From contig JBBRLQ010000001.1 of the NCBI GenBank assembly GCA_038231275.1, positions 320,001 through 384,000 of the forward strand: 64,000 nucleotides of DNA, read 5' to 3'. Source of the stretch: Polyangiales bacterium (GTDB taxonomy: Bacteria; Myxococcota_A; Polyangia; Polyangiales; Polyangiaceae). Made by a program: the position numbers and the translations under genes. The notes beneath the pieces are model-generated. The model did not search any database and was not told the origin of the DNA. It saw only the letters and a program-made list of their open reading frames with translations. Positions 14,320 through 23,365 of the stretch are shown piece after piece. Position 1 is the stretch's first letter, and the number at the start of each line of letters is the position of its first letter.

Positions 14320-15974
14320 GTCACGACCTCGCGGATGACCTGGGCGATCGTCATCGGCTTGTACGCTAGCGCGCGGGCGAGGATGCGTCGAACCGCGAGG
14401 CGCGCGGCCTCGGCGATCGCGGCGTCGTCGGCGCTTCGAGGGAGCCCGGCGACCGCGGCGATCACCTCACGGCGGGCGTCGGCGAGGAGAGCGGCCTCGG
14501 TCCCTTCGTCGAGGACGCCGCGCGTGGCGAGTCGAACGTCGCGCGCGCGGCCGTCCGCGCCGACGATCACCGCGCACGAGACGATGCCCCCCTCGGCGAG
14601 CACCTCACGATCGCGGAGGACCGCCTTCGGAATCGCGCGGCCGCCGAAGACGTGGACGCGGCCGGCAGGGACGGTGCCGCCGCGAGCGATGCCCGATGCG
14701 GTCAGCTCGCCGACCTGGCCGTTCTCGAGGACGAGCACCTCTCCGACGCCGACCTCGCGCGCGAGCGCCGCGTGGCGATCGAGGTGATGGCGCGTGCCGT
14801 GAACCGGAATGAAGGCGCGCGGGCGGACGAGCTCCAGCATTCGCCGCTGCTCGGCGCGGTGCGCGTGCCCGCTGACGTGGATGCCGCGATCGGTCGCGCG
14901 CGTCCGCACGGTGACCCCGCGACGCAGGAGGTCGCCGAAGATGGCGTACACCTCGGGCTCGCGTCCGGGGATGATGCGGCTCGACAGCACGACGGTGTCT
15001 CCCTCGCCGAGCGCGAGGCCGGGATGCTCGCCGCGTGAGAGTCGAGCGAGCGCCGCGCTGGCCTCGCCCTGCGATCCGGTCGCGACGCCGAGGATGCGCT
15101 CCTTTGGGAGCTCTCGCGCACGATCGGCCGGAAAAACAAGGTCGCTGGGCCAGTCCAGGTACCCCGTCGCGTGCGCGACGCGCGAGTGCGTGCCGACGCT
15201 GCGCCCGAGGAGGACGAGCTTGCGCCCGGTCTTCTTCGCGATGTCGCCGAGGAGGCGGAGGCGATGGACGTTGGACGCGAAAATAGCGACGACCACCGCG
15301 CCCTTCGCGTCGCGCACGATCGGCTCGAGCGCGTCGCCCACGCCGATCTCGTCGCCCGCGTACCCCTCGGAGTCGATGTTGGTGGAGTCGCTGAAGAGGA
15401 GCGCGACGCCGGCGTCTCCCAGCTCCGCGAGTCGCGCGGTGTCGAACGCCTCGCCGTCGGTCGGCGCCTCGTCGAATTTGAAATCGCCGGAGTGGACGAC
15501 GGTCCCCACCGCGGTGGTGATGGCGAGCGCCGTCGCGTCGGCGATGGAGTGGGTGACGCGGATCGGCTCCACCACGAACGGCCCGACCTGGTAGCGCGTG
15601 CGCGGCGTGATCGCGACGAGGTTCGCGTGCTCGAGGACCTCGTGCTCGCCGAGCCGCTCGCGCACGAGCCCCAGCGCGTACGGCGGCGCCCACACCGGCA
15701 CGTCGAACCGGCGCAAGAGGTACGGCAGCGCGCCGATGTGATCCTCGTGCCCGTGCGTGACGAAGACGCCGCAGATACGGTCGCGGTACGCGTCGAGCGC
15801 CGAGAACTCCGGGTGCACGACGTCGACCCCGAGGCCGCGGTCGTCGAACGTGACGCCGCAGTCGACGAGCATGACCTGCCCGCCCTGCTCGAAGGCCATG
15901 CAGTTCATGCCGATCTCCCCCAGGCCTCCGAGGGGAAAAATGCGCAGAACGGCGGGGGACGGCGTCGCCACCAT
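14316..15974 (-). CDS. rnj: Ribonuclease J
   Basis: PLGGLGEIGMN, THGHEDHIG, VTHSIAD, SGDFK, DSTN, GSQGE, HVSGHA, PVHG. Confidence 0.95.
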   Translation of the reverse strand: MVATPSPAVLRIFPLGGLGEIGMNCMAFEQGGQVMLVDCGVTFDDRGLGVDVVHPEFSALDAYRDRICGVFVTHGHEDHIGALPYLLRRFDVPVWAPPYALGLVRERLGEHEVLEHANLVAITPRTRYQVGPFVVEPIRVTHSIADATALAITTAVGTVVHSGDFKFDEAPTDGEAFDTARLAELGDAGVALLFSDSTNIDSEGYAGDEIGVGDALEPIVRDAKGAVVVAIFASNVHRLRLLGDIAKKTGRKLVLLGRSVGTHSRVAHATGYLDWPSDLVFPADRARELPKERILGVATGSQGEASAALARLSRGEHPGLALGEGDTVVLSSRIIPGREPEVYAIFGDLLRRGVTVRTRATDRGIHVSGHAHRAEQRRMLELVRPRAFIPVHGTRHHLDRHAALAREVGVGEVLVLENGQVGELTASGIARGGTVPAGRVHVFGGRAIPKAVLRDREVLAEGGIVSCAVIVGADGRARDVRLATRGVLDEGTEAALLADARREVIAAVAGLPRSADDAAIAEAARLAVRRILARALAYKPMTIAQVIREVVT

Positions 15975-16025
15975 GGGCGAGGCTTCTAGCACGCGCCGCG
16001 CGCTGATACGCTACACGCTCGGCGC

Positions 16026-16940
16026 ATGGGCACCCTCGACAACAGGCGGTTCGTCATCGTCACCGGCAAGGGGGGCGTCGGGAAGACCACGGTGTGCGCG
16101 GCGTTGGCCGTCCACCTCGCGCAGCGCGGCAAGAGGGTGCTCGTGGCGATGTGCAACGCCAAGGAGCGCCTCTCGGCGATGCTCGGGAGCGATCTCATCG
16201 GCGCCGACGTCTCGAACGTCGCCCAGAACATCTGGGCCGTGAACATGGACCCCGAGCGCGCCGTCGAGGACTACGGGCTCATGACCCTCAAGTCGCGCAC
16301 GGTGTTCAAGCTCCTCTTCGACAACAAATACGTGCGGACCTTTTTCAGCGCCGTGCCAGGTCTCCACGAGTGGGCGATGCTCGGCAAAGCGTGGTGGCAC
16401 ACGACGGAGACGGACGAGACCGGCGCGCTCAAGTACGACACGGTCATCCTCGACGCGCCGGCGACGGGACACGGCCTCGACATGCTCCGCGTGCCCAAGG
16501 TGATCGTGGACGTCGTGCCACCGGGTCTCCTCCGTCGCGACGCCGAGCGCGCGTGGGCGCTCTTCCAAGACCCCAAGGCGTGCGCCGTCGTGCTCGTGAC
16601 GCTGCCCGAAGAGATGCCGACGACCGAGACGATCGAGCTTGCTGCAGCGCTTGGAGAGCTGCAGCTCCCGATCGCGCAGATCGTGGTGAACGGCGTGCTC
16701 CCTCCTCTCTTCTCGCGCCCCGAACGGGAGGCCCTCGAGAAGCACGCGGAGGGCGGGACCGCGCCGGGTGACGCGGCGATCGACGCGGGAAAGCACCGGG
16801 CGACGCGCGAGCGCGTGCAGGCCGAGAGCCTGGGACGCCTCGCCAAAGAGCTGCCGATCTCTCCGTCTTTTCTCCCGCTCCTCTTCGAGGACGCCGCAAA
16901 CCCGGCGGCGATTCGCGAGCTCGCCAAGCGCATCGGTTGA
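16026..16940 (+). CDS. ArsA/Get3-family P-loop ATPase
   Basis: GKGGVGKTT deviant Walker A; DAPATGH switch II; VTLPEEMP. Confidence 0.9.
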   Translation: MGTLDNRRFVIVTGKGGVGKTTVCAALAVHLAQRGKRVLVAMCNAKERLSAMLGSDLIGADVSNVAQNIWAVNMDPERAVEDYGLMTLKSRTVFKLLFDNKYVRTFFSAVPGLHEWAMLGKAWWHTTETDETGALKYDTVILDAPATGHGLDMLRVPKVIVDVVPPGLLRRDAERAWALFQDPKACAVVLVTLPEEMPTTETIELAAALGELQLPIAQIVVNGVLPPLFSRPEREALEKHAEGGTAPGDAAIDAGKHRATRERVQAESLGRLAKELPISPSFLPLLFEDAANPAAIRELAKRIG

Positions 16941-16965
16941 CTTCGTGTAAGTTCCACACGATTCT
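16937..16965 (+). promoter_or_regulatory. Promoter of nrtR with NrtR-type operator (TCGTGT-N7-ACACGA, 16943-16961) in the spacer
   Basis: TTGACT-N17-GATTCT ending 6 nt before the GTG; perfect 6-bp inverted repeat with GT-N7-AC core. Confidence 0.7.
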
Positions 16966-16971
16966 CCGGCC

Positions 16972-17679
16972 GTGCCCTACACCTACGACTACCCGCGGCC
17001 GGCCGTCACGGCGGACGCCTGCATCTTCACGATGCATGGGGACGATCTCGCGGTGCTCCTCATCAAACGAAAGGGGCAGCCGTTCAAGGGGCACTGGGCC
17101 CTTCCGGGCGGCTTCGTCGACAAGAACGAGTCTCTCGAGAAGGCGGCGGCGCGCGAGCTCGAGGAGGAGACCGGGCTCACCGGCGTGGCGTTCGAGCAGC
17201 TCGCGGCGTTCGGCGATCCGGGCCGTGACCCGCGCGCGCACACCGTCACGATCGTGTTTTTCACATTCATCCACGCCGAGGCCGCGATCGTTCACGCGGG
17301 GGACGACGCGGCGGAGGTCGCGTGGCACCCGCTTCGCACACTGCCGCTCGACGGCGCGACCCGCGCGTCGATGCCCCGCCTCGCGTTCGATCACGCGCGC
17401 ATCTTGAACCTCGCGCGGCACCGCCTGCAGGAGCGCTTGCGCGATCCCGCCCGTGAGTCGTCGTTCCAGCTGGTGCCGCAACATTTCACGCTGACCGAGC
17501 TCCAGCGCGTCTACGAGGCCGTGCTCGGGCACGAGCTCGACAAGCGAAACTTCCGCGCCCGCTTCGTCGGGCGCGGGATCGTCGAGCCCGTCGCCGCGCG
17601 TCGCACCGGGAAGCATCGCCCCGCGCAGCTTTACCGATGGACCGTTGCGAAGCGGCGCACGCGCGCGCGAACCGCCTGA
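16972..17679 (+). CDS. nrtR: NrtR-family transcriptional regulator (Nudix + winged HTH)
   Basis: WALPGGFV..ARELEEETG, DPGRDPR, LAFDH, FTLTELQRVYEAVLG..DKRNFR, HRPAQLY. Confidence 0.9.
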   Translation: MPYTYDYPRPAVTADACIFTMHGDDLAVLLIKRKGQPFKGHWALPGGFVDKNESLEKAAARELEEETGLTGVAFEQLAAFGDPGRDPRAHTVTIVFFTFIHAEAAIVHAGDDAAEVAWHPLRTLPLDGATRASMPRLAFDHARILNLARHRLQERLRDPARESSFQLVPQHFTLTELQRVYEAVLGHELDKRNFRARFVGRGIVEPVAARRTGKHRPAQLYRWTVAKRRTRARTA

Positions 17680-17712
17680 GGTCCAAAAAGGCGCTCTGGT
17701 ACTATCGCCCCG

Positions 17713-19152
17713 ATGTCCGCCCCGCATCCCATGCCTCCGAGCGTCTTGTCGCTCGACCTCGACGCGTTCGTGACCATCGCCGCGGCGATCCATCAGGGTC
17801 ACGCCGAAGCGCGGGCCACGTTCGAGTGCACGCTCGAGGCTCCGACGAAGAACCTCGGGTTCATGGTCCTCGCCGGCCTCGATCCGCTGCTGGATGCACT
17901 CGAGCGGTTCAAGCCCAAGCCCGAAGAGATCGAGTGGCTCGCGTCGATCGGCGCGATCGACGACGCCACGCGGCAGCTCCTCGGCGAGACGCGCTTCGCG
18001 TGCGACGTCGACGCGGCGCCCGAGGGCAGCGTCGTGTTCTCCGGAGAGCCTGTGCTCGCGGTCGAGGGCCCGTTCTGGCAAGCGCAGCTCGTCGGAGGCC
18101 TCGTCACGCGCGCGCTCACGCAGGCGACACTCGTGGCGACGCAGATGGCGCGCTGCGCGCTGGCGGCCGACGGGCGCGAGGTCATCGAGACCGGCGCGTC
18201 GAGCGCGTACGGACTCGCGGGCGGCACTCTCCTCGCCCGCGCGGCGTACATCGGCGGCGCCGGCGCGACGACATGCGCGCTCGCCGGTCGAAGGTACGAC
18301 GTCCCGTTGCGCGCCCCCCAGCCCGCGCGCGCGCTCACCGTGGCCGCGAGCGACGTCGCGACGTTCGAGAGCTGGCTGCAGGCCGCCCCCGCGCACGCGA
18401 CCCTTCGCATCGACGCCCACGACGCGCGCAAAGCGCTCGACCAGGCCGCGCGCGCGATCAAGAAAATCCACGGCAACGATAGCTGGGAGAAGCTCGGCTA
18501 CGCGCTCGAGGTGGCGGCCGGCGATCACGTCGAGGTCGCGCGCGCCGCGCTGCGCATCTTCCGCGCGCACGGCCTCAAGGAGCCGCTCCTCGTCGCGTCG
18601 GGCGGCCTCGACGAGTGGCGCATCGCCGAGCTCCGGCGCGAAGAGCCGCGCTTCGCCGCGTTCTCGGTCGACTCCCTCCTGCCCAACGGCGCCACGCGCA
18701 TTGCGCGCTACGATCTCGTCGCGATGGAAGAGGACGGCCGATGGGCGCCGCGCCTCCGCCTCGGCGACACCGTCCTCGCCTCGACGAACCCCGGCCGTAA
18801 GAAGGTGCTCCGCTACGTCGACGCCGACGGCCACCCGGTGTGCGACGTGCTCCACGCCGCGAACGAGCGCATCCAAGCGTCGAAGGACGCGCGCTTCGTG
18901 CACCGCGTCACAGGCTTCACGACGAAGGTGAGCGCGACGTCGAGCGCGCCGCTCCACGGCAACGTCATGCGGAGCGGCAGTCGCGTCGCCGCCGCCGAGA
19001 GCCCCGCCGTGAGCCGCGCTCGTGCACGCGCCGCCGTCGCGTCGCTCCGAAGCCCGAACCTCCGCCTCACGCGACCCGCGGTCTACCCCGTCGGCGCGAC
19101 CACGTCGCTCACCGCCCTCAAGGCGAAGCTCGTCGAAGAAGCGCTCCCCTAG
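17713..19152 (+). CDS. Nicotinate phosphoribosyltransferase (PncB)-like protein with degenerate active site
   Basis: Scaffold motifs AGL, APEG..VFSGEP, QAQL, RAAYIGG, VASGGLDE, TNPGRKKV retained; catalytic motifs replaced. Confidence 0.8.
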   Translation: MSAPHPMPPSVLSLDLDAFVTIAAAIHQGHAEARATFECTLEAPTKNLGFMVLAGLDPLLDALERFKPKPEEIEWLASIGAIDDATRQLLGETRFACDVDAAPEGSVVFSGEPVLAVEGPFWQAQLVGGLVTRALTQATLVATQMARCALAADGREVIETGASSAYGLAGGTLLARAAYIGGAGATTCALAGRRYDVPLRAPQPARALTVAASDVATFESWLQAAPAHATLRIDAHDARKALDQAARAIKKIHGNDSWEKLGYALEVAAGDHVEVARAALRIFRAHGLKEPLLVASGGLDEWRIAELRREEPRFAAFSVDSLLPNGATRIARYDLVAMEEDGRWAPRLRLGDTVLASTNPGRKKVLRYVDADGHPVCDVLHAANERIQASKDARFVHRVTGFTTKVSATSSAPLHGNVMRSGSRVAAAESPAVSRARARAAVASLRSPNLRLTRPAVYPVGATTSLTALKAKLVEEALP

Positions 19153-19175
19153 CTTCTGGTGGTCGAAGAAATGAC

Positions 19176-19213
19176 GAAGGCCCCTCTCCGCGGCGCGCGA
19201 AGAAGGGCCATCG
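19176..19213. terminator. GC-rich hairpin between convergent pncB-like and sod genes
   Basis: GGCCCCTCT...AGAAGGGCC imperfect stem; no clear U tract. Confidence 0.4.
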
Positions 19214-19237
19214 GTGCATTCTGCAACTATCGGGCGT

Positions 19238-19846
19238 CTACTTTGCGTTGGCCGGGAGCATCGACTCGGCGCGCTTCTCGACGACGTCCCAGTTGATGTT
19301 GTCCCAGAACTTGGCGAGGTAGTCCGGGCGCTTCGTCGCGTAGTCGAGGAAGTACGCGTGCTCGAACTCGTCGAGGATGAGCAGCGGGATGGCGAGCCAC
19401 GGCGTGTGGTTCTGGTGCTGCTCGACGACGTACACGTGGCTCTTGTGATCGAGGAACGACCACGCCCACACCGCCCAACCCACCGGCGCGACCTTGCCGC
19501 CGCCGAGGAGCTGCGCCTTGAAGTTGTCGAGGTTGCCGAAGTGCGCGTTGATCAGCTTCTCGGTGATCTTGCCGGGCTTGGTGCCGGTGCCGCCGAGGTT
19601 CTCGAAATACATCTCGTGGAGGACGACGCCGTTGTGCGCCCACGTCTCGCGGCGCTTCAGCTCGCCCCACTCGGAGTAGTGCGGGTTCGCCTTCGACACG
19701 TCCGCCTTCTCGAGCGCGGCTTGGATGTTGTTGTACTGGGTGACGTAGCCCTTGTAGAGGACGTCGCGGTGCTCGGTCAGCGCTCTCTCGGAGAGAAAGC
19801 CCTCGACCTTTCCCTCGAGAGGGAACGACTTCGGTTCGATCGCCAT
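19238..19846 (-). CDS. Fe/Mn superoxide dismutase family protein (ChrC-like variant)
   Basis: H..LYKGYV, NGVVLHEMYFENLG, GWA, LILDEFEHAYFLDY, NINWDVV. Confidence 0.85.
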   Translation of the reverse strand: MAIEPKSFPLEGKVEGFLSERALTEHRDVLYKGYVTQYNNIQAALEKADVSKANPHYSEWGELKRRETWAHNGVVLHEMYFENLGGTGTKPGKITEKLINAHFGNLDNFKAQLLGGGKVAPVGWAVWAWSFLDHKSHVYVVEQHQNHTPWLAIPLLILDEFEHAYFLDYATKRPDYLAKFWDNINWDVVEKRAESMLPANAK

Positions 19847-19983
19847 TGAATCACCTGCCTAGCAAAAGGTGGTTGAAGCTGGTTGGTGGTGGTGTCTCGT
19901 TTTGGGGGGTGGAGGATAGGCGCGCCGAGCGCGTTTTGAAAAGGGTGGAGGTGGGGTATTCTCCGGGCTGGAGGTCAGTGGGG

Positions 19984-20268
19984 ATGGCACCGTCCGTGAA
20001 TGCCGAGACGAGGCTTAGGATGGAGCGCGTCGTAGCGTCGTTCCGCCAGAAGCTGGCTGCGGCGCACGGCACCGACGTCGAATGGACGCGTCGCTACCGC
20101 TCGGGCGACGAGGGGGCCATGGAAGAGCTCGTCGTCGAGGCGTGCACGGAAGAGCGCGTCGCGCCGGCGGAATACCACGAGGCTCTGGACTCCGACCCCC
20201 AGCTGAGCGAGCTGCACCGTCGCTGCGTGCGCGAGGTGCTCCTCGGCGCGGTGCCACGGCCGCGGTGA
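19984..20268 (+). CDS. Small hypothetical protein
   Basis: GGAGG upstream; GC-rich third positions; 94 aa. Confidence 0.55.
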   Translation: MAPSVNAETRLRMERVVASFRQKLAAAHGTDVEWTRRYRSGDEGAMEELVVEACTEERVAPAEYHEALDSDPQLSELHRRCVREVLLGAVPRPR

Positions 20269-20323
20269 CGAAACCTGTCACGGATCGCCGCGCGATCGGC
20301 CAATCTACGGTGAGGAGACTGCC

Positions 20324-21319
20324 ATGAAGAGATTGATCGTGGGGCTCGGCATCTCGCTCGGGGCGGTCGTCGCGGCGCTGGCGTGCAGCGGAAAGACGAC
20401 CGAGGTGAGCGGCGGCGACGGAGGCTCGAGCAGCGGGACGAGCGGCACTTCGGGCGGGACCAGCGGATCGAGCGGCGGTTCGAGCGGATCGAGCGGAGGC
20501 CTCGTTTCGGGCTGTCCGGCGTCTCCGCCGACGGGCGGCGACGCGTGCAAGTCTGCGCAGCTCCAGTGCGAGTACGGAACGGACACGCGGCCGCTCTGCA
20601 ACACGATCGCGACGTGCGACGGCAGCAAGTGGAACGTCACGCCGCCACAGCAAGCGGGCTGCCCCACACCTCCGCCCGGCCCCTCGTGCCCGGCGAGCTA
20701 CGCAGCAGTCCCGGTGGGCTCGACGTGCACGACCGCGCAGAGCTGCACGTACCCCCAGGGAACGTGCTCGTGCGAGATCTACTGCGGACCACAAGGCCCG
20801 GTTGGTCGCGTATGCGACGCGGGGACTCCGCTCACGTGGGTCTGCACCGGTGCCTCGAACGGCTGCCCGGCGATTCGCCCCCACGCCGGCACGGCGTGCA
20901 CGCAGGAACAGCAATTTTGCTCCTACGGCGACTGCAGCGAGCCCGCGATGCGATGCGTGAACGGGGCATGGCAGCTTCAGCAGCAAGGCTGCCCCGTCTC
21001 GACGCGGACGAAGAAGCAAGAGATCCGCTACCTCGACGAGGCGGACCTGCAGGCGCTCACCGATCGCACGCTCTCGACGCGCCTCGCGACGTACCGCTAC
21101 ACGTCCGGTGATCCGTCGCAGCACCTCGGCTTCATCATCGAGGACGATCCGGAGAGCCCCGCGGTCATGAGCGATCGCGGTCACGTCGATCTCTACGCGT
21201 ACTCGAGCATGGCGGTGGCAACGCTGCAGATGCAAGGACGCGAGATCGCCGAGCTCCGGCGCGAGGTCGACGCGCTGAAGCGCGAGATCGACGCCTCGCG
21301 CAAAGCGCCTAAAAAATAG
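20324..21319 (+). CDS. Cys-rich repeat lipoprotein with C-terminal intramolecular chaperone (peptidase S74-like) domain
   Basis: GAGGAG RBS; lipobox ALAC; three CP..G..C..C.Y..C..W repeats; STRTKKQEI, YRY, LGFIIED, VDLY, terminal coiled coil. Confidence 0.8.
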   Translation: MKRLIVGLGISLGAVVAALACSGKTTEVSGGDGGSSSGTSGTSGGTSGSSGGSSGSSGGLVSGCPASPPTGGDACKSAQLQCEYGTDTRPLCNTIATCDGSKWNVTPPQQAGCPTPPPGPSCPASYAAVPVGSTCTTAQSCTYPQGTCSCEIYCGPQGPVGRVCDAGTPLTWVCTGASNGCPAIRPHAGTACTQEQQFCSYGDCSEPAMRCVNGAWQLQQQGCPVSTRTKKQEIRYLDEADLQALTDRTLSTRLATYRYTSGDPSQHLGFIIEDDPESPAVMSDRGHVDLYAYSSMAVATLQMQGREIAELRREVDALKREIDASRKAPKK

Positions 21320-21322
21320 GCT

Positions 21323-23236
21323 TCAGCGAGGCTTCGCGGCGACCACGTGGAGCTCGGCGGGAAGGCCCGGGAGGACCTTCCCGAGAAAAGCCTTCGTGCA
21401 GAACGCCGGGTCTCCCTGAACGAGGACGAGCGCGTCGGCCTCCACGGCGTACGCCATGGCCACCGGCTGCGCGCGTAAGCCGGGGAGGAGCGCGACGCCG
21501 TCCTTGGTGTAGAGGAACGCCCATCCGTTCTCCGGCCCGCGCGTGAACCCGATCGCCACCATCGTGGGCGTCGCGCGGTTCACGCTGGTGACGTTGACCC
21601 CCGCGCGACCGAGCTGCGCCGAGAGCTGATCGGCGGAGAGCTCCTGAAGGTGCCTTGCCGTCAGCGGTACGCTGCGCAGCTTGGCTTGACGGGCCTCGAT
21701 CGGATCGGTCGGCCCGCCGCGCGCGCCGCGGACGAGGAGGGGGATGCCGGCGATGATCTTGTCGCGCAGCGCCTCGGAGGCCTTGATGGCGCCGGGCTCC
21801 TTGGTGGTCGCGACGACGAAGAGGACCGCGCCTTCGTCCGCTCCGTACGCGACGGTCATGCTTGGCACCGCGAAGGGCAGAACCGTCGTCGCCACCGCGT
21901 CCAGGTGTGCCTCCGCGTGCGTCTTCTCGGGCGCAGCGACGACGGTCAGCGCGTAGAGGCACACTTGCCATCCGACGCCGTCCTTCGACCAGTTGACGAT
22001 GGTGTACTTCGGCGTGACGTTGTCCTGGCGAAAGTCGATCTTGCCGCCAGCGGCCACGACGCGCGCATCGAGACCTGCGCCGAACAGCGAGGAGAGCGTG
22101 CTCGCTCCTTGCGGAGAAGGATCGCTCGGAAGCGGCACCGAAGGCGCGCCGCCCGCGGCCCAGGTGCGGGCGCGTGGCGCGACGACGACGCCGGCGCCGA
22201 TGAGGATCGCCGCGAGCCCCAGCACCGACGCGCCGACGACGACGCGGCGTGAGGAGCGCATCGGGCTCGAGGGAGCTTGGGACAGCGTATGGCTCGCGGG
22301 AGATACCGTCTCGAGCGGCCATCCCGAGCCCGCCGGCGCCATCATCGGCCGCGCGCCGCCCACATTTCGCGCCGCCAGGGCGTTGCGAGCGGCGTCGAGC
22401 ATCTCTCCCGCGTTCGCGAACCTCTCGGCGGGGCGCAACGCGACCGCCTTCGCGATGATAGGCTCCAGCGCACCGACGTCGACACCACGCGCGCGGGGGG
22501 TCGGCCGCTCGGGGTCCACGATCTCCTGCCGCGGGTCGCCGGTGCGGCCATAGGGCGGTCGCCCCGTCACGAGCTCGACGTAGAGGAGGCCGAGCGCGTG
22601 CACGTCCGTCCACGGCCCCGTGCGCGCGTGGGTGATGTGCTCGGGGGCCGCGTAGGCCGGCGTGAACGGATTCGGGGCCGCCGTCGTCGTTGCATGCCCG
22701 GGGAGATCGTCCGGCGCGAACGCCTTCGCGACGCCGAAGTCGATGACGCGCGGGACGAAGGCGCCGCTCGTCGCCCGGACGATCATCACGTTGGAGGGCG
22801 TCAAATCCCGATGAACGACGTGCGCGGCGTGCGCGTGCGCGAGCGCGGCGAGGAGTGGCTCGAAGATGCTCCACGCCTCTGGCGGCGACAACGCGCGCCC
22901 GTACGCGAAGAGATGCTCCCGAAGGGTCACGCCCTCGACCCACTCCATGACGAGGTATGGGCACTGCGCGCCGTCGTCGGTGACGACGCCGAGATCGTAC
23001 GCGGCGACGATGTTCGGATGCCGGAGGCGCGTCAGCAGTCGACCTTCGTCGAGGAAGCGATCGACGTGCTGCCCGCGCGTCCCGGGCCCGTCGGCCGGGC
23101 CGAGGCGCAGGACCTTGACGGCGATCGGCGCGCCGAACGCGAGGTGGAGGCCCGCATAGACCTCTCCGAATCCGCCCTCGCCGACGAGGCGATCGACACG
23201 GTATCGGCCGTCGAGGATGCACGGAGCCCGCAGCAC
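21323..23236 (-). CDS. Membrane-spanning Ser/Thr protein kinase with extracytoplasmic C-terminal domain
   Basis: VGEGGFGEVY, IAVKVL, HRDLTPSN, DFGVAK, YAAPE, TDVHALG; TM helix. Confidence 0.92.
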   Translation of the reverse strand: MLRAPCILDGRYRVDRLVGEGGFGEVYAGLHLAFGAPIAVKVLRLGPADGPGTRGQHVDRFLDEGRLLTRLRHPNIVAAYDLGVVTDDGAQCPYLVMEWVEGVTLREHLFAYGRALSPPEAWSIFEPLLAALAHAHAAHVVHRDLTPSNVMIVRATSGAFVPRVIDFGVAKAFAPDDLPGHATTTAAPNPFTPAYAAPEHITHARTGPWTDVHALGLLYVELVTGRPPYGRTGDPRQEIVDPERPTPRARGVDVGALEPIIAKAVALRPAERFANAGEMLDAARNALAARNVGGARPMMAPAGSGWPLETVSPASHTLSQAPSSPMRSSRRVVVGASVLGLAAILIGAGVVVAPRARTWAAGGAPSVPLPSDPSPQGASTLSSLFGAGLDARVVAAGGKIDFRQDNVTPKYTIVNWSKDGVGWQVCLYALTVVAAPEKTHAEAHLDAVATTVLPFAVPSMTVAYGADEGAVLFVVATTKEPGAIKASEALRDKIIAGIPLLVRGARGGPTDPIEARQAKLRSVPLTARHLQELSADQLSAQLGRAGVNVTSVNRATPTMVAIGFTRGPENGWAFLYTKDGVALLPGLRAQPVAMAYAVEADALVLVQGDPAFCTKAFLGKVLPGLPAELHVVAAKPR

Positions 23237-23365
23237 CAGTGCATTCTAGCGCGCGAGCGGCTCGCCGGACGAGGCGCCCTATCGCGACGGCCGACCGAGG
23301 CTTCTCGGGCGCGCGCCCAAGTGTCCCGATGCGCCCCCAGCGCGCACGCGCTACCATGCCGGGTG

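Noticed and set aside
19860-19960. G/T-rich strand asymmetry suggesting a G-quadruplex
   Set aside because: G runs are irregular; more simply a C/A-rich unstructured leader of the sod gene.
22785-22820. HRDLTPSN as a sign of a pseudokinase
   Set aside because: VAIK-type Lys, catalytic Asp/Asn and DFG are intact; Lys-less loops such as HRDVSPQN occur in this kinase group.
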